From positions 1 to 36,764 of the forward strand of contig JAZNNV010000250.1 in NCBI GenBank assembly GCA_045580465.1: a stretch of 36,764 nt of DNA, in the 5' to 3' direction. The stretch is from Faecousia sp. Lineage in GTDB: Bacteria; Bacillota; Clostridia; Oscillospirales; Oscillospiraceae. A model generated the notes under the pieces. The model ran no database searches and was not told where the DNA came from. It was given only the letters and a program-made list of their open reading frames with translations. The position numbers were made by a program, and so were the translations under genes. Below are positions 35,563-36,764 of the stretch, in pieces; positions within the stretch are counted from its first letter, which is position 1, and every line of letters begins with the position of its first letter.

Positions 35563-36666
35563 TTATGTGAGCTCATCCCAGAAGATCAGACCGTCCCAGA
35601 AGTCGTTCCAGCTGTCTGCGAAGCTGCCTTCTGAGGTGTCTTTCTCTGTTTCGAGCTTGAAGTTCATCTCCATGCCCGCGTGACCGCCGATCAGGTCGTT
35701 GGTGCAGTCGGGGTCGTCGCCCTCCAGCCAGATGACCACCGTGTACTTGTGGACCTCCTGAGGCTCGACCTCGGTAACTGCGCCCGTTGCCACAACGGTA
35801 TCGGACTCAAAGGAGTATGGGATGATGCGGTAAAATTCCCGCTCGCCGGAAGTACCGACCACCTCGTATTGCTCCTGCGGCTGCGCCGCGAAGTCATAGA
35901 AGGGTCTTTCCGGGTAGCCCCGGGAATCATCACCGAAGGAGGGGATCGCCTCCTGGGTGCCGTCGTCCCGCGCCTTGGCATAGAACTTCATCTGATCGTC
36001 TTCGAAGATCATGACCCACGTGGCGCTGGAAAGGTTTCTGCTTTCCGCGTTCAGGAGCATCCTCCACGTGTAACCCACGGTGCTCTCGCCCTCGTTGCGG
36101 ATGTAGTAGGTGTAGGCGAAGTAGGTTTCCTCGTTGTGCTGACCGTCGTGGTCGTTCACATCCGGCAGGATGTCGCGGATGGAGCAGCAGGGAACGTCCT
36201 CTGCCGGCTGGGCAAACAGCCGTGTCGTGGGATTCTCAAAGCCTACGGTCTCGCTCAGGGAGAAGCCCTCCCGGAACATTCCGCCGCTCATGTTGATGGT
36301 GAAGTGACCCTTCATCTCGGAGATGGTGGAAAGGGCAAACAGAACCAGCATCAGCGCGCCCAACGCTGCCAGCAGCGCCCACAAGCCGCGTCCGTGGAAC
36401 AGCCACAGCAGCAGCCCCCACTTTTTCTGCTTGTCGAAGTAGAGCATCAGGCTGGAAGCGGTCAGTTCGAAGTCCTTTTTGCTCTTGATGCCCCGCGCCC
36501 GCAGGTCTTTTCGCAGCTGGCGGCGACCCTTTTTGATCTCCTGCACCTCGTCCTCGGTCAGGACGATGCCGGCGCGGGTCTTGGGAAACAGCCGCTTCTG
36601 CCGCTTTTCCTTGGGGATGTCCTCCGGTCTGCGTTCGGGTGACTTTTTCTTCTCGTCCATAGGCAT
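35563..36666 (-). CDS. Membrane-tethered scaffold paralogue with a cytoplasmic basic N-domain and no SipW cleavage motif
   Basis: About 80 basic N-terminal residues, hydrophobic helix LWALLAALGALMLVLFAL, then YFAYTYYIRNEG, YTVVIWLEGDDPDC and MEMNF. Confidence 0.7.
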   Translation of the reverse strand: MPMDEKKKSPERRPEDIPKEKRQKRLFPKTRAGIVLTEDEVQEIKKGRRQLRKDLRARGIKSKKDFELTASSLMLYFDKQKKWGLLLWLFHGRGLWALLAALGALMLVLFALSTISEMKGHFTINMSGGMFREGFSLSETVGFENPTTRLFAQPAEDVPCCSIRDILPDVNDHDGQHNEETYFAYTYYIRNEGESTVGYTWRMLLNAESRNLSSATWVMIFEDDQMKFYAKARDDGTQEAIPSFGDDSRGYPERPFYDFAAQPQEQYEVVGTSGEREFYRIIPYSFESDTVVATGAVTEVEPQEVHKYTVVIWLEGDDPDCTNDLIGGHAGMEMNFKLETEKDTSEGSFADSWNDFWDGLIFWDELT

Positions 36667-36764
36667 TACCGTTCAGCCAGCAGGCAATCGCGGATCAGCT
36701 CGTCCTCGGTTACCGGCACGCCGCTGAGCGTTCCGCTGATGGCTGTGGAAGTCGGATCGTAGCC
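36666..36764 (-). CDS. 3' end of an upstream gene entering from beyond the window
   Basis: Open frame GYDPTSTAISGTLSGVPVTEDELIRDCLLAER*, whose TAA overlaps the next ATG (TAATG). Confidence 0.55.
   Translation of the reverse strand, partial: GYDPTSTAISGTLSGVPVTEDELIRDCLLAER

Noticed and set aside
32931-35570. 879-aa plus-strand ORF, and similar long plus-strand ORFs at 22891-25245, 27475-29571, 15375-16961, 18324-19850 and 14174-15568
   Set aside because: They are antisense shadows of well-supported minus-strand genes. Codon bias removes stops in the mirror frame, and they show no recognisable motifs.
35445-35576. N-terminal extension of the 1051-aa ORF, and similar extensions at 32273-32323, 13763-13828, 12187-12240 and 888-905
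   Set aside because: Better RBS-linked starts lie downstream, and some extensions run through hairpins or intergenic sequence.
1-36764. Mobile elements, tRNA or rRNA genes
   Set aside because: No transposase, integrase or phage genes are visible, and the short intergenic gaps show no such RNA structure.

Overview
Every credible gene lies on the minus strand. The window looks like a moderately GC-rich Clostridia genome, probably Oscillospiraceae-like (inferred from gene style). It holds two co-oriented blocks. Block 1 (36764 to about 12400) is a tightly packed ~24 kb surface-fibre-like operon with two SipW-type (S26B) signal peptidases and seven proteins carrying SipW/TasA-CalY-type signal peptides (T-x-A|W-x-T or T-x-A|R-Y). 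Four of these seven, plus one membrane-tethered protein, share a conserved scaffold ending in (W/Y)L(E/D)G. In the middle of the operon sit a membrane-anchored McrB-family AAA+ GTPase and a DUF2357/McrC-like partner whose nuclease region appears replaced by a long charged helix. The block ends with a BspA-type LRR protein, a degenerate Lgt-like protein, a PaxB-like membrane protein and a terminator. Block 2 (about 12300 to 1) is a Wzx/Wzy-dependent polysaccharide locus: a priming transferase, five glycosyltransferases, wzy, wzx, a fused Wzz-tyrosine kinase and a PHP phosphatase. It is followed by a C-terminally anchored secreted protein and the start of a probable LCP gene. The best candidate for an undescribed system is the SipW fibre operon with an apparently co-opted, nuclease-less McrBC-like motor. 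All family calls come from motif recognition by eye; no database searches were run.
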